Below, in pieces: positions 40,242-50,939 of a stretch of DNA of 64,000 nucleotides. The stretch spans positions 7,712,001-7,776,000 of the forward strand of contig OZ245006.1 in NCBI GenBank assembly GCA_965223545.1. Direction: 5' to 3'. The notes under the pieces are model-generated. The model worked only from the letters and a program-made list of their open reading frames with translations, was not told the origin of the DNA and made no database searches. The first letter of the stretch is position 1, and each line of letters begins with the position of its first letter. This stretch comes from Planctomycetota bacterium. Its GTDB lineage: Bacteria; Planctomycetota; UBA1135; UBA2386. The translations under genes were made by a program, and so were the position numbers.

Positions 40242-41348
40242 ATGCGTGTTGCCTATGTCGGAGGCCTCGGCCTGATGGCGTCCCCCGCAGCCCGACACCT
40301 TGCGGGCGGGCCCGCGCGCGTGCTGCGCGTGCACGACCGCGGCCAGCCGGGCGCGCGGCGCGACGCGGCGCGGGCGGCGTGGCGGGCACATGGGGCGGAG
40401 TTGGTGGGGGATCTTCGATCGTTGGTCGCCGGCGGGGACCTGGACGTCGTCGTGGTCTGTTGTGGCAAGAACGGAGACGACTTACCGCTGGTCGCCGAGC
40501 TCGGCGCTCGGTTGGCGCGCGCCGCGCCGGCGGCGACCGTGTTGCATCTCTCCACCGTCAGCACGGGCTTCGCCCGGGCGGCACACGCGTACTGCGGCGA
40601 CCGCGGCATCGCCTACGCCAACTATCCGCTGACCGGAGGCCCACTCGGTGCCGAGCGCGGTGGCGGCGAGGGCGGCATGCTGATCTTGGCGGGAGGCGAC
40701 CGAGCGCTCTACGACCGGCTCCGCCCGACGCTCGAGCGCCTGGGACACCCGCGCCACCTCGGCGCCCGCGTCGAGGCCGGCGCCGAGACCAAGCTGATCG
40801 GCCACCACATGGTGTTCGACGGCTGCATCGGCATGAGCGCGGCCGTCGCCCTGCACGCCGAGGGCTTCGCCGGCGGCGCGATCGGCGGGGACGAACAGGT
40901 CGCGTTCTTCGACTTCCTCAACGGCGGCGCCGGCGGCACCCGGCAGTGGGAGGTGGCGCTGGCCAAAGGTGTGCGTGACGGCGTGTGGGATCAGGGCTTC
41001 ATGCTGCGCCACGCCGTCGTCGACGCGATCTACGCGGCGGACTTGGCGATCGAACGCGGCCTGCCGCGGTTGGCAGTGCGACCGATCCTCGATCTGGCGT
41101 TGGCGTTCTCGCACTTGATGCATCGCGAGCCCGACCAGGATCTCGCGACGCACGCGGTCGCGCGCCAGATGCTGGCGGCGCACGCGGCGGAGTTGGATGC
41201 GTTCGCGTCGCGGCACGGCGCGGACGAGACGGATCCACGCATGGCTTTGCAGCGGTGCGTGGCGTCGCTGCCCGACGATGTGCGCGCGTCTGTGCGGCTC
41301 GATGTCGAAGCGGAGATGCTCGCCGATGCTGCGCGCGGTGTGGAGTGA
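40242..41348 (+). CDS. NAD(P)-binding beta-hydroxyacid dehydrogenase-like protein
   Basis: VGGLGLM, HLSTVS, PLTGGPLGA..G, ETKLI. Confidence 0.65.
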   Translation: MRVAYVGGLGLMASPAARHLAGGPARVLRVHDRGQPGARRDAARAAWRAHGAELVGDLRSLVAGGDLDVVVVCCGKNGDDLPLVAELGARLARAAPAATVLHLSTVSTGFARAAHAYCGDRGIAYANYPLTGGPLGAERGGGEGGMLILAGGDRALYDRLRPTLERLGHPRHLGARVEAGAETKLIGHHMVFDGCIGMSAAVALHAEGFAGGAIGGDEQVAFFDFLNGGAGGTRQWEVALAKGVRDGVWDQGFMLRHAVVDAIYAADLAIERGLPRLAVRPILDLALAFSHLMHREPDQDLATHAVARQMLAAHAAELDAFASRHGADETDPRMALQRCVASLPDDVRASVRLDVEAEMLADAARGVE

Positions 41349-41390
41349 CGTTCCGAACCAGGTCCGGCCCCCTTTCGCAGACGTTCGTCT

Positions 41391-42208
41391 TCAGTTGCGA
41401 GAGGAGTCGCCTGCTCCGTTCGGTCGCTGCAGCAGGTCTGCTAGTGTCGGCCAGCTGTGTCCAGCGCGAGTGCGGGCCGTGCCGACCACCGTTGGCTGGT
41501 CATCGGGGACGACGATCCTCGCGTTGTCGAGCATGGTCGCGTGGTTGCCGAAGCTGCTGAGATCGGGCGTTTGGCCGAGAAGATCGCTTCCGATCATGGA
41601 CCAGTTGCCGACCAGGCCCGGCGCCCGGTGCCTGGGAATGCCCCGCATCCCGGCTTGGATCTCGGCCTGCGTACGGGCGACGTTCCAGATGCGTGCCTCA
41701 TCGATCATGCCCGCGAAGAAGTTGGTCGTGGATCCTGCCTGAGCGCCCAAGCGCAGGGGGACGGTGGACTCGAGCACAGGCCCGGCCGACACCGCCCGTT
41801 CGGTGTCGAGTTGGCCGTCGATGTAGAGCCGCGCGACGACGCCGTCGTAGGTGAAGGCCGCGTGGGTCCAAGTGTCTTCTTGGATCGGAATGACGCCATC
41901 GAAGAAGGTGCCTCCAACGTTTTCGTTGATGGCGACGCGCACACGCTGGATCGTGCGATGGTAGGACAGGCCGTAAGGGCGTTCTCCGAGCGAGCTGCTG
42001 AATTGCGCGATGATCGCCTCACGCCGTTGCTGAAGAAGGCGGAGGAGTTCGGATGAAACCAGGCCTCCGCGGTGATTTGTTGCAGCCCGCTCAGTGACGG
42101 GCTGTCGGCGATCTCGGCGGTGTCGTTGACGCCGTCTAGCAGCAGAACCGAGTTCAGCGTGAGGCTGCCCAGCGAAACAGCGGCGAGTCCCAGTGCAAAG
42201 TGCTTCAT
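41391..42208 (-). pseudogene. LamG/concanavalin-like secreted protein, frameshifted
   Basis: signal peptide + LDGVND..ITAEAWF in one frame; EAIIAQ..WTHAAFTYDG..LYIDG..GMIDEARIWN in another; shift at ~42020-42055. Confidence 0.7.
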
Positions 42209-42304
42209 TTCATCTGTGTGGTGTGAGAGAGGTGCTCGGGCGAGGCCGCCGGGGCTTCGCCGTGACTCGTGGTGTGGCCGGTCTGAAAACGCTACAGTAA
42301 CCCC

Positions 42305-42949
42305 ATGGGTGGTTTGCGGTTTGGGCCCGCGCTGGTCGCGGGGCTTTCGTGGTGTGGCGCGTGCACTTCGCCGCCGCCGATGGACCTGAGCGCCAACGAG
42401 GCGCTGTATCGCGACACCGGCTACCGCGCGACGCTCGCGGCCGATCGGGGTGCCTTCCTCACGCCGGTGGTCGACCAGCGCGACGAGGTGGAGCCGCTGG
42501 AGGCCACCGTCGGAGCGCCGGTGCAGCTGCTGCCGGACGGCGGCTGGGAGCGTGGCGTGCCGGCGATGGTCGATGCGATCCTGCGCCGTGAGCTGGCCGA
42601 CAGCGGCGTGGTCGCCGGCATGCGCGAGCGGGCGGCGCCGGATGCGCTGGTCGTGCAGTGCGCGCTGCGCCGTTTCGGCGCCGGGGTGCAAGAGGTCGTC
42701 GATGGCCGGCGCAGTCTGGGCTTCGTCGAGGTCGAGCTCACCGTGCACGCGCCTGCGGGTCCCAACGGCCGGCGCGCGGTGCTGCTGCGCGAGCCGTTCG
42801 CCGAAGAGGTGCACAGTGGGGTCGCGATGCGGCCGCCGAGCCCGCGGGTGTTGGCCGGGGCGGCGTTGCGGCAGTGCATCGCGCGGATGTTGGCGGCGAT
42901 CGATCAGGGCAACGTGGCGCGGGCGCACGTTCCGCTGTCGGTGCAGTGA
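42305..42949 (+). CDS. hypothetical lipoprotein
   Basis: signal with Cys (WCGAC); -10-like TACAGT 6 nt upstream. Confidence 0.6.
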   Translation: MGGLRFGPALVAGLSWCGACTSPPPMDLSANEALYRDTGYRATLAADRGAFLTPVVDQRDEVEPLEATVGAPVQLLPDGGWERGVPAMVDAILRRELADSGVVAGMRERAAPDALVVQCALRRFGAGVQEVVDGRRSLGFVEVELTVHAPAGPNGRRAVLLREPFAEEVHSGVAMRPPSPRVLAGAALRQCIARMLAAIDQGNVARAHVPLSVQ

Positions 42950-42989
42950 CGCGCCGGCGCGGCCATCCCGGATCGCGGGAGGACCAGCG

Positions 42990-45266
42990 ATGCGCGTGAC
43001 CGAGCTGGTCCGGCAGTGGCGCGAGCAGGCCGAGCAGCCGGCCGAGCTGGTCGCCCAGCACACGCTGCCGCCGCGGCCGGCCGCGATGGCGCCGTACCCC
43101 GACTGGGTCGCGCCCGCGCTGCGGGAGGTGCTCGAAGCGCGTGGCATCCTCGAGCTCTACGCGCACCAGGTCGAAGCCGCCGACCACCTGCATGACGGCC
43201 GCAATACCGTGGTCGCCACCGGCACCGCGTCGGGCAAGTCGCTCTGCTACAACCTGCCGGTCCTGAGTCAGCTACTGACCGATCCGTCGGCGCGCGCGCT
43301 CTATCTGTTTCCGACCAAGGCGTTGGCGCGCGACCAGATGGGGGAACTCGAGCGGTTGCTCGAAGGCGCGGGTCGCGAGGATCTGCGCTTGGCAGTCTAC
43401 GACGGCGACACGCCGCCGGCCGTGCGCCGCGCGCTGCGTGAGGCCGGTCATCTGGTGCTGACCAACCCGCACATGCTGCACTCGGGGATCCTGCCCAACC
43501 ACACCAAGTGGCAGGGTCTGTTCACGGGCCTGCGCTTCGTCGTGGTGGACGAGGTCCACACCCTGTCCGGCGTCTACGGCTCGCACGTCGCCAACGTGCT
43601 GCGGCGGCTGCGCCGGATCTGCGCGCACTACGGCAGTGAGCCGGTCTTCTGCGCGGCCAGCGCGACGATCAGCAACCCGGGCGAGCACGCCCGGCGGCTG
43701 CTCGAACGGCCGGTCGAAGTCGTCGATCGCGACGGCAGTCCGCGCGGGCCCAAGCACTACCTGTTCTTGAATCCGCGCCTCTTCTCCGAGCTCTCCGGTC
43801 AGCGGACGCCAGCCGTGGAGGCCGCGCGGCAGGTCGCTGGGGCGCTGATGGCGACCGATCTGCAGACGATCGCCTTCGCGCGCTCGCGCGCCACGGTCGA
43901 GGTGCTGGTCAAGTACCTGCGCGACGAGGCCGACAAGCGCAACGTGCCGCAGAGCCGAGTGGCGGGCTATCGCGGCGGCTACCTGCCGCAGCTGCGCCGC
44001 GATCTCGAGCAGGGCATCGCGTCCGGCGACATCCGCACCATCGTGACGACGAGCGCGCTGGAGCTCGGCATCGACATCGGCTCGCTCGACGTCTGCCTGC
44101 TGGTCGGCTACCCGGGCACGGTGTCGAGCACGTTCCAGCGCGCCGGCCGCGTCGGCCGCCGCCAGCGGGAGAGCGCGGTGCTGTTCTTGGCGCGCTCGTT
44201 CGCCATCGATCAGTACGTGGTGCAGAACCCGGGCTATCTGTTCGACCAGCCGCGCGAGGCGGTGTCGATCGATCCCGACAACCCGATCATTCTCGCCAAC
44301 CACCTCAAGTGCGCGGCCTTCGAGCTGCCGTTCGACGCCGACGGCGGCTTTGGCGAATCGGAGAGCGCGGCCGACGTGCTGGCGTTCTTGTGCGACGAGC
44401 TGCGGCTGTTGGTGCGCGAGGGCGGGCGCTATCACTACGCAGCGGCGACGTTCCCCGCCGATGGCGTGAGCCTGTCGGCGGCGGACATGGACAACGTCGT
44501 GATCATGGATCGCGACGAGGGCGTCGTGCTGGGCGAGGTCGACCGGGCTTCGGCGATCACCGAGGTGTACGATGGCGCGATCTACGGCCACCAGGGCGAG
44601 CAGTACCAAGTCGAGCGCTTCGACTACCACGGCCGCCGGGCCTACGTGCGCAAGGTGGAGGTCGACTACTACACCGACGCCGAGACCGAGACCGAGGTGC
44701 GGGTGCTGCACGACGACGAGGTCGCGCGCTACGCGGCCTACGAGGCCCATCTCGGCGAGGTGCACGTCTCCACTCTGGCGAAGGGCTTCAAGAAGGTGCG
44801 CTTCTACACCCGTGAGAACGTCGGCGTCGGCGAGATCCACCTGCCGCCGGAAGAGCTGGAGACCGAGGCGTGCCTCTTGGTCTTGGATCCAGAAGCAGCG
44901 CTGGAGGCGGGGCTGCACACCGCCGCCGACGCCGGTGGACTGCGCGGGGTCGCCGACCTGATCCAGGGGCTGGTACCGCTGTTCGTGCGCGTCGATCCGG
45001 GCGATGTCCGCGTCACCGCCGAGGTGCGGCACCCGCACTTCGAGCGGCCGACCTTGACGATCTACGACGTGGTGCCGGGCGGCGTCGGCCTGTCGGAACG
45101 GATCTTCCGCCAGCACCGCGCCGTGCTCGAAGCGGGCTTGGGCCTGCTGGGGCGCTGTGCTTGCCAGCGCGGCTGTCCGTCGTGCATCGGGCCGGCACGC
45201 GACCAGGGCGGGCGCGGCAAGCTGCTGTCGCGGAGGTTGCTGGAGATCATGCTGCGCGCGTCGTGA
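42990..45266 (+). CDS. DEAD/DEAH helicase with DUF1998 (MrfA/YprA/Hrq1-like)
   Basis: TGTASGKS, DEVH, SAT, ALELGIDIG, QRAGRVGR, YDVVPGGVG, CACQRGCPSC. Confidence 0.9.
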   Translation: MRVTELVRQWREQAEQPAELVAQHTLPPRPAAMAPYPDWVAPALREVLEARGILELYAHQVEAADHLHDGRNTVVATGTASGKSLCYNLPVLSQLLTDPSARALYLFPTKALARDQMGELERLLEGAGREDLRLAVYDGDTPPAVRRALREAGHLVLTNPHMLHSGILPNHTKWQGLFTGLRFVVVDEVHTLSGVYGSHVANVLRRLRRICAHYGSEPVFCAASATISNPGEHARRLLERPVEVVDRDGSPRGPKHYLFLNPRLFSELSGQRTPAVEAARQVAGALMATDLQTIAFARSRATVEVLVKYLRDEADKRNVPQSRVAGYRGGYLPQLRRDLEQGIASGDIRTIVTTSALELGIDIGSLDVCLLVGYPGTVSSTFQRAGRVGRRQRESAVLFLARSFAIDQYVVQNPGYLFDQPREAVSIDPDNPIILANHLKCAAFELPFDADGGFGESESAADVLAFLCDELRLLVREGGRYHYAAATFPADGVSLSAADMDNVVIMDRDEGVVLGEVDRASAITEVYDGAIYGHQGEQYQVERFDYHGRRAYVRKVEVDYYTDAETETEVRVLHDDEVARYAAYEAHLGEVHVSTLAKGFKKVRFYTRENVGVGEIHLPPEELETEACLLVLDPEAALEAGLHTAADAGGLRGVADLIQGLVPLFVRVDPGDVRVTAEVRHPHFERPTLTIYDVVPGGVGLSERIFRQHRAVLEAGLGLLGRCACQRGCPSCIGPARDQGGRGKLLSRRLLEIMLRAS

Positions 45267-45288
45267 AGTCCGCCATGGGAGGGTTGGG

Positions 45289-46149
45289 TTGAGAGACGCG
45301 CGGCGGGTGTTGCGGAGGGCCTTTGCCGACGCCGTCGCGGGAGCCGATGGTGATCTGCCCCGCCTGCCGGCCGCGCGCCGGCCGTCACCCGCACTCGCCG
45401 CGGCGCTCCGGCGGCACGCCGCGCGCGTGCGCCGCGGCAAAGTCCAACTGCCTCCCGGCGACGAGATCGACAACGACTTTGGCCGCTGCTACGTGCGCCG
45501 CATCGAGTACCCGCTGGACACGCGACACGGCCGCGAGCCGCTGGCGGCCGCGCGCGCCGTGTCCTGGGCGCGGATCGCGGAGCTCGCCAAGGCGAAAGCG
45601 CTCGACCTCGGCCTCGAGGACTGCCTGTTCTTGGACACCGAGACGACCGGCCTCTCGGGTGGCGCCGGCACGGTCGTGTTCCTGACGGGATTGGGCTTCT
45701 TCGAAGCCGACCGCTTCGTGCTCGAGCAGGTGTTCCTGCGCTCGTTCGCCGACGAGCCGGCGGCCCTGGCGCACGTCGGCGCGCGCTTGGCCCAGCGGCC
45801 GTGGCTCGTGACCTTCGTCGGCAAGAGCTTCGACCGCCATCGGCTGGCCTCGCGCATGACCCTGCACCGGGTGCCGGCGCCCGTGCTCACCGACAAGCAC
45901 CTGGACCTCTACTACTTGGCGCGGCGGGCGTGGGGCAAGGAGTTGCCCGACGTGCGCCTGCGCACCGTGGAGGAACGCCGCCTCGGCGTGCTGCGCGACG
46001 ACGACCTGCCGGGCTCGCAGGCGCCGTGGGCGTTTCTGCAGTGGCTGCGGGACGCGACCGGGCCGGTCGACCGCGTGCTCGAGCACAACCGCATCGATGT
46101 GCTCTCGTTGGTCAGTCTGCTTGTGGCCTTGGGCGAATCACGCCAGTAG
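45289..46149 (+). CDS. RNase H-like exonuclease (YprB/MrfB-like)
   Basis: FLDTETTGL, TFVGKSFD, HLDL, HNRIDV; adjacent to a DUF1998 helicase; GGAGG + TTG start. Confidence 0.85.
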   Translation: MRDARRVLRRAFADAVAGADGDLPRLPAARRPSPALAAALRRHAARVRRGKVQLPPGDEIDNDFGRCYVRRIEYPLDTRHGREPLAAARAVSWARIAELAKAKALDLGLEDCLFLDTETTGLSGGAGTVVFLTGLGFFEADRFVLEQVFLRSFADEPAALAHVGARLAQRPWLVTFVGKSFDRHRLASRMTLHRVPAPVLTDKHLDLYYLARRAWGKELPDVRLRTVEERRLGVLRDDDLPGSQAPWAFLQWLRDATGPVDRVLEHNRIDVLSLVSLLVALGESRQ

Positions 46150-46303
46150 CCACACGCCGCGACCTTGGCCGGACGGCGTGCCGTAGGCGCTTGGCGAAAC
46201 CAACCAGCACGCGCCGCTTGGTTCGGTCTCAACGCCTCCGCACGAGCGGTCGTGAGCGTCGCCGCCACGTTTGTGAGCCGCCATAGTGGCCCGCCTGCCG
46301 CAA

Positions 46304-46783
46304 TCAGGGCGCCCCACAGCACTTCTTGTACTTCTTCCCCGAGCCGCAGGGACACGGCTGGTTGGGCCCGACCTTGGGCTGCGTGCGGCGGAAAGTGCTG
46401 TTCTGCATCTTGCCCTCGATCAGCATCCAGCGGGTGCCGCTGCGGCGGAACTCGGCGACCTCGTGGTGGCGGCTCTCCTCGCCCTTGTGCACGAAGCGGG
46501 CGACGAACTCGACCTTGCCGGTGTCGTCGCTCTCGCCGCCGCCCTCGGTGCCGAGGACCTCGAGGCCGAGCCAGTCGGAGTCGCGCGACCAGCTCTCGGT
46601 CGAGGCGCGGTCGGCGTCTTCGCCCGAGTCCTGCGTGCTCATGATGAAGTCGATCTCACCGCGCGCGTAGGCGGAGTAGCGCGCGCGCATCAACGCCACC
46701 GCGGTGGGGGCGTCGCGCTCGCCGCTGAGGATCGGGCCGCAGCACTGCTCGATCGGGAGGCCGGTATCACAGGGACACGTCAA
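46304..46783 (-). CDS. ychJ: YchJ family / SEC-C motif protein
   Basis: [37 protein letters not shown]. Confidence 0.85.
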   Translation of the reverse strand: MTCPCDTGLPIEQCCGPILSGERDAPTAVALMRARYSAYARGEIDFIMSTQDSGEDADRASTESWSRDSDWLGLEVLGTEGGGESDDTGKVEFVARFVHKGEESRHHEVAEFRRSGTRWMLIEGKMQNSTFRRTQPKVGPNQPCPCGSGKKYKKCCGAP

Positions 46784-46820
46784 GGTCGGTTCTCCAGGCG
46801 TGGACGGCGAGAGGGTAGCG

Positions 46821-47393
46821 TCAAGCGCGCCGCGAGGCGACCCAGCGCTCGATGGCTTCGGGGTAGGCCTCGCACTCGGCGGCGAACACGCGCGCCGCCA
46901 ACGTCTCCACCGTGTCGTCGGGCGTGACCGGCACGGTGCGCTGCACCAGGATCTCGCCGCGGTCGTACACCTCGTCACAGAGGTGGACGGTGCAGCCCGA
47001 CGTGGTTTCGCCGGCTTCCAGCACCGCGCGGTGCACGCGGTCGCCGTAGAAGCCCTTGCCGCCGAACTTCGGCAGCAGCGAGGGATGGATGTTGAGGATG
47101 CGACCGGCGAAGTCGGCGGCGATCGGCAGCAGGCGGAGATAGCCGCACAGGCAGACCAGCTCGACGCCGTGCTCGCGCAGCATGGCGTAGATCAGTTCGG
47201 GATCGCGGGTCACCGCGGTCGGCAGGCCGGCGCGCACGCCGCGTTCGATGCCGACCGTGCCCTCGCGGTCGGCGATCACGCAGCGCACCTCGGCCGCCAA
47301 GCGGCCGTCGTCGATCCGGTCGAGCAGGTTCTGCAGGGTGCGGCCGCTGCCCGAGAGCAGCACGCCCAAACGCACCGGCGCCGTAGCGGTCAC
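46821..47393 (-). CDS. purN: phosphoribosylglycinamide formyltransferase
   Basis: [30 protein letters not shown]. Confidence 0.92.
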   Translation of the reverse strand: MTATAPVRLGVLLSGSGRTLQNLLDRIDDGRLAAEVRCVIADREGTVGIERGVRAGLPTAVTRDPELIYAMLREHGVELVCLCGYLRLLPIAADFAGRILNIHPSLLPKFGGKGFYGDRVHRAVLEAGETTSGCTVHLCDEVYDRGEILVQRTVPVTPDDTVETLAARVFAAECEAYPEAIERWVASRRA

Positions 47394-48223
47394 TGCACCA
47401 TCCGCCGGACCACGCCGGTCAGCAGGGATGCCATGCGTGGTGCGGCGAGGTCGGCGGCCTCGATCATCGCCTCGATCGACACCGGGCTGTGGCTCTCGAG
47501 GTTGATGCTCTGCGTGACTCCGATCAACGCCAGCACGCGCGCGCCCGAGTGCACCGCGGCGAGCACTTCGGGCGCCAGCGACATGCCGACCAGGTCGGCG
47601 CCGAGCCGCCGGTAGGCGCGGTACTCGGCCCGGGTGGGCAAGCTCGGGCCCGGAACCGAGGCGAACACCGCCTGCGCGCAGGGAATGCCCGCCTCGGCGG
47701 CAACCTCGCGCGCCAGGCCGCGCAGCGCGGCGTCGTAGGGCTCGGACATGTCGGGGAAGCGCGGCCCGAGCTCGGCGTCGGGGGGACCCTGCAGTGGGTG
47801 GATGCCGGAGAAGTTGAGGTGGTCCTCGACCACGGCGATCGATCCCGGCTCGAGCTGCAGCGAGAGGCTGGCGCCGGCGGCGGTCAGTACCAACCGGTCG
47901 GCGCCCATCGCGCGCAGGACGCGGACCGGAAAGGTGACGTCGCCGGCCGAGTAGCCCTCGTACGGTGCCAGCGGCGCGTCGCCGACGACCACCGGCGTGC
48001 CGTCGAGGGTGCCGAACACCAGTGGCGAGCCGCTGGAGAATCGCATGCCCGCCGGCAGGTCGTCGGCCCGCACCGTCAGCTTGTTTGCGAGCTGGCCGGC
48101 GATCGCGCTGTGGCCGGTGCCGAGCAGCATGGCGACCTTGGGGCGTTGCGAGACGCGCGCCAAGAGCTCCTGCGCGGCGTCGTGCACGCGCTGGCGCAGA
48201 GGGGGTTGCGGGGGCCCGACCAT
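47390..48223 (-). CDS. purine-nucleoside phosphorylase homolog (divergent active site)
   Basis: YEGY..VTFPVRV, DHLNF, GPRFPDMSEPYD, GADLVGMS. Confidence 0.8.
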   Translation of the reverse strand: MVGPPQPPLRQRVHDAAQELLARVSQRPKVAMLLGTGHSAIAGQLANKLTVRADDLPAGMRFSSGSPLVFGTLDGTPVVVGDAPLAPYEGYSAGDVTFPVRVLRAMGADRLVLTAAGASLSLQLEPGSIAVVEDHLNFSGIHPLQGPPDAELGPRFPDMSEPYDAALRGLAREVAAEAGIPCAQAVFASVPGPSLPTRAEYRAYRRLGADLVGMSLAPEVLAAVHSGARVLALIGVTQSINLESHSPVSIEAMIEAADLAAPRMASLLTGVVRRMVQ

Positions 48224-48299
48224 GGGGCGTGGAAGCGTACGCCCGGTGTCGCCCGCGCGCGACTGGGGATCGTCCCAGAATCTCGCGCGCGGCGGTGCT

Positions 48300-50897
48300 T
48301 CAGAACGCCGCCGCCATCAGGCTGCGCGCGTGGTCGCGCTTCAGCTCGTCGATCAGGTTGGCCGCCGACCGGTTGCGGTGACCGGCGAAGTCGCGCAGCG
48401 CGCGCACCAGCAAGTGGGCGGCGCGCACCTCGCGGCGGAGGTGCATCGCCCAGGGCTCTTGATGCGGCCTGAGCGCATCGAGGGCGGCGACGATCGCGCC
48501 GTCGTCGTGCGGAAACGCGCCATCGCCGGTGCCCGAGCTCGCGTCGTTCGGGTCGATGGCCGTCAAGTAGCGCGCCGCCGCCGCCCGCAGGTCGGCGATG
48601 CTCAACCAGCCGAGAAACGCGGCGCGGTCGGCGACCGTCGGCTTGTCGGTCGGAATGCGGAACGACCGCGCCAGCGCGGTGCCGCGCAGCTCGGCGAGCG
48701 GGATCGTGTCGAGCGTGCGCCGCAGCGAGCGCACCTCGCGCAGCTTGAGACCGGCCTCGTCGCCCTGCGCGACGAAGCCGACGACCTCGCGCTCGGCGTC
48801 GCCTTCGGCGGGTGCCTCGAGCAGCGAGCTCTCCGCCGCCTGCGCGAAGCGCGTGACGAACGCGTCCGCTCGTTGCAGGGACTGCGCCATCGCGCCCGCC
48901 CGCTCGCCGAGCGAGAACTCGCCGAGCTCGTCCGCCAGCGCCCGCGCGCCCTGCTCGGCGTCGTCGAGGGCCAGGGCATCGACGTCCGCCAGCAAGCCGT
49001 CGTCGGCGAGCACTGCGGTGGCAAAGCGCTCCCACGCCGCGTTCTCGACGTCGGCGCGGAGCGACAGCTGCAGCTCCGACAGTGCCTCGCGCTGCTCGGT
49101 GGTCCACTGTTCGAGCTCGGCGCGGTCCTGGAACACACCCGCCGGCCAGCCGCCGTCCGCGGCGACCACGGCGGCGATCGCGTCGATCGCCGGCGCCATC
49201 GCGTCGGCGTCGCGCGCGTCGAGCGCGGAGGTCACCGCCCCGCGCAGCTGTGCCAGGCGCGCCGCCGCGTGGCGGCGCACGCGCGCCGCCGCCTCATCGC
49301 GCGCGGCCTGCACCGCGTCCTCGCTGCGCAGCTCCGCGGGGACCACGGCGAGCTCGAGGGTGGCGAGCGCCGCAGTGTAGTCGCCCTCGTCGAGGGCTCC
49401 GTCGACCGCCTTCCGCACGCCGTCCGCCGCCGCCCGCACCGCTTCGTCGTGGGCGAGGCGCGCGGCCTCGCGGCGCCGCTCTTCCGCGCGGATGCGGGCG
49501 GCATCCTTGCTGGCGGCGGCGGCCGCATCGGTGTCGGCATGGTCCTTGGCGACCACGTCGAGGGCCGCCGCGCGCGCTTCGGCCGAGCCGCCCGTGGTGT
49601 CGAGCAGCGCCTGGCGCCGGGCGAGCTCGCCCTCCATCTGGCGAATGCGCTCGAGCAACCCCGCCACGCGGGGGTCCTTCTCCTGCACCACCTCGCGCAC
49701 CGTCTTGCCCTCGGGGCGGGTCAGGCCCCAGGCGAGGCCGCCGCCGGCGAGCAGGACGGCGGCGGTGATGGCCGCGATCCACATGCCGCGTCGGCTCGGT
49801 GGCGCCAGCGCGGCCTCGATGTCTTGGACCAGCTCCTCGGCGCTCTGGTAGCGCGCGTCGGGGTCCTTTTGCATCAGCCGCTCGACCATCGCCGCGGCCT
49901 CGGGACCACCCGCGGGCGCCAAGTCGGTCAGCGGCTCGGGCGTCTCCTTGACGTGCGCGACCAGGATCTCCTTGACCGACGAGCGGCGGAACGGCGTGCG
50001 CCCGCTGAGCAACCGGTACAGCGTGCAGCCGAGCGAGTACAGATCGCTGCGGTGGTCGAGCGGGCGGCGCAGAGCCTGCTCGGGCGACATGAAGTGCGGC
50101 GTGCCGACGACCTTGCTGTTGTCGTCTTCGTCGGTCATCGCCAGGCCGAGGTCGGCGATCTTGACGCTGCCGTGCGCGTCGACCATCAGGTTGTCGGGCT
50201 TGATGTCGCGGTGCACCAGCCGGAGCGACTCGGCGTAGGCCAGCCCGCGGGCGGCGTCGCCAATCACCGCCAGCGCTTCCTCCGGCGGCAGTGGGCCCTG
50301 CTTGAGCCGGTCCTCGAGCGAGCCCGACATCAGCTCCATCGAGAAGTAGTAGGTGTCGCCGTCGTGCCCGACGTCGAACACCTGCACCACGTTGGGGTGG
50401 CTCAGCCGCGCCGCCGCGCGCGCCTCGGCGACGAAGCGCGCGACGAACACCGGGTCCTTGGTCAGCTTCTTCGACAGCACCTTGAGGGCGACTTCGCGGT
50501 TGAGGCTGACCTGCTCGGCGCGGTAGACGGTGCCCATGCCGCCGGCGCCGAGCACCTCGGCGATGCGAAAGCCGGCCACGGTGATCCGCTTGCCGCCGCT
50601 CGCGCCGCGTGCCGACGCGGAGAATCGGAGCACGATGCCGGCGAGCTCGATGGTGTCGCCATCGCGCAGCGGCGACGCCTCGATGCCGGCGCCGTTGACG
50701 TCGACGTCCGCGTCGAGCGCCTTGACGCCGAAGCCCTCGCCCTTGAGCGCCTTGATCACTGCGTGCCGCTCGGCGATGCCGGGCGCGTCCAGGACGAGGT
50801 CGCAGTCCGGATGGCTGCCGACGGTGCAGACTTGATCGCGCGACAGGGAGACGACGGTGCCCTTCTGGACGCCGTTCTCGACGGTGAGCTGGGACAT
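48300..50897 (-). CDS. FHA-like domain Ser/Thr protein kinase, membrane-anchored
   Basis: LGAGGMGTVY, VALK, HRDIKPDN, ADLGLA, GTPHFMSPEQ; TM helix; helical C-terminus. Confidence 0.9.
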   Translation of the reverse strand: MSQLTVENGVQKGTVVSLSRDQVCTVGSHPDCDLVLDAPGIAERHAVIKALKGEGFGVKALDADVDVNGAGIEASPLRDGDTIELAGIVLRFSASARGASGGKRITVAGFRIAEVLGAGGMGTVYRAEQVSLNREVALKVLSKKLTKDPVFVARFVAEARAAARLSHPNVVQVFDVGHDGDTYYFSMELMSGSLEDRLKQGPLPPEEALAVIGDAARGLAYAESLRLVHRDIKPDNLMVDAHGSVKIADLGLAMTDEDDNSKVVGTPHFMSPEQALRRPLDHRSDLYSLGCTLYRLLSGRTPFRRSSVKEILVAHVKETPEPLTDLAPAGGPEAAAMVERLMQKDPDARYQSAEELVQDIEAALAPPSRRGMWIAAITAAVLLAGGGLAWGLTRPEGKTVREVVQEKDPRVAGLLERIRQMEGELARRQALLDTTGGSAEARAAALDVVAKDHADTDAAAAASKDAARIRAEERRREAARLAHDEAVRAAADGVRKAVDGALDEGDYTAALATLELAVVPAELRSEDAVQAARDEAAARVRRHAAARLAQLRGAVTSALDARDADAMAPAIDAIAAVVAADGGWPAGVFQDRAELEQWTTEQREALSELQLSLRADVENAAWERFATAVLADDGLLADVDALALDDAEQGARALADELGEFSLGERAGAMAQSLQRADAFVTRFAQAAESSLLEAPAEGDAEREVVGFVAQGDEAGLKLREVRSLRRTLDTIPLAELRGTALARSFRIPTDKPTVADRAAFLGWLSIADLRAAAARYLTAIDPNDASSGTGDGAFPHDDGAIVAALDALRPHQEPWAMHLRREVRAAHLLVRALRDFAGHRNRSAANLIDELKRDHARSLMAAAF

Positions 50898-50939
50898 GGA
50901 GTGGCGGCGGCGGAGTCGCGGGGCGGTCGGGGCTGGGGC

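Noticed and set aside
42990..46149. DUF1998 helicase as a DISARM/Druantia defence system
   Set aside because: The partner is a YprB-like exonuclease with no methylase or Drm genes; fits known MrfAB-type repair
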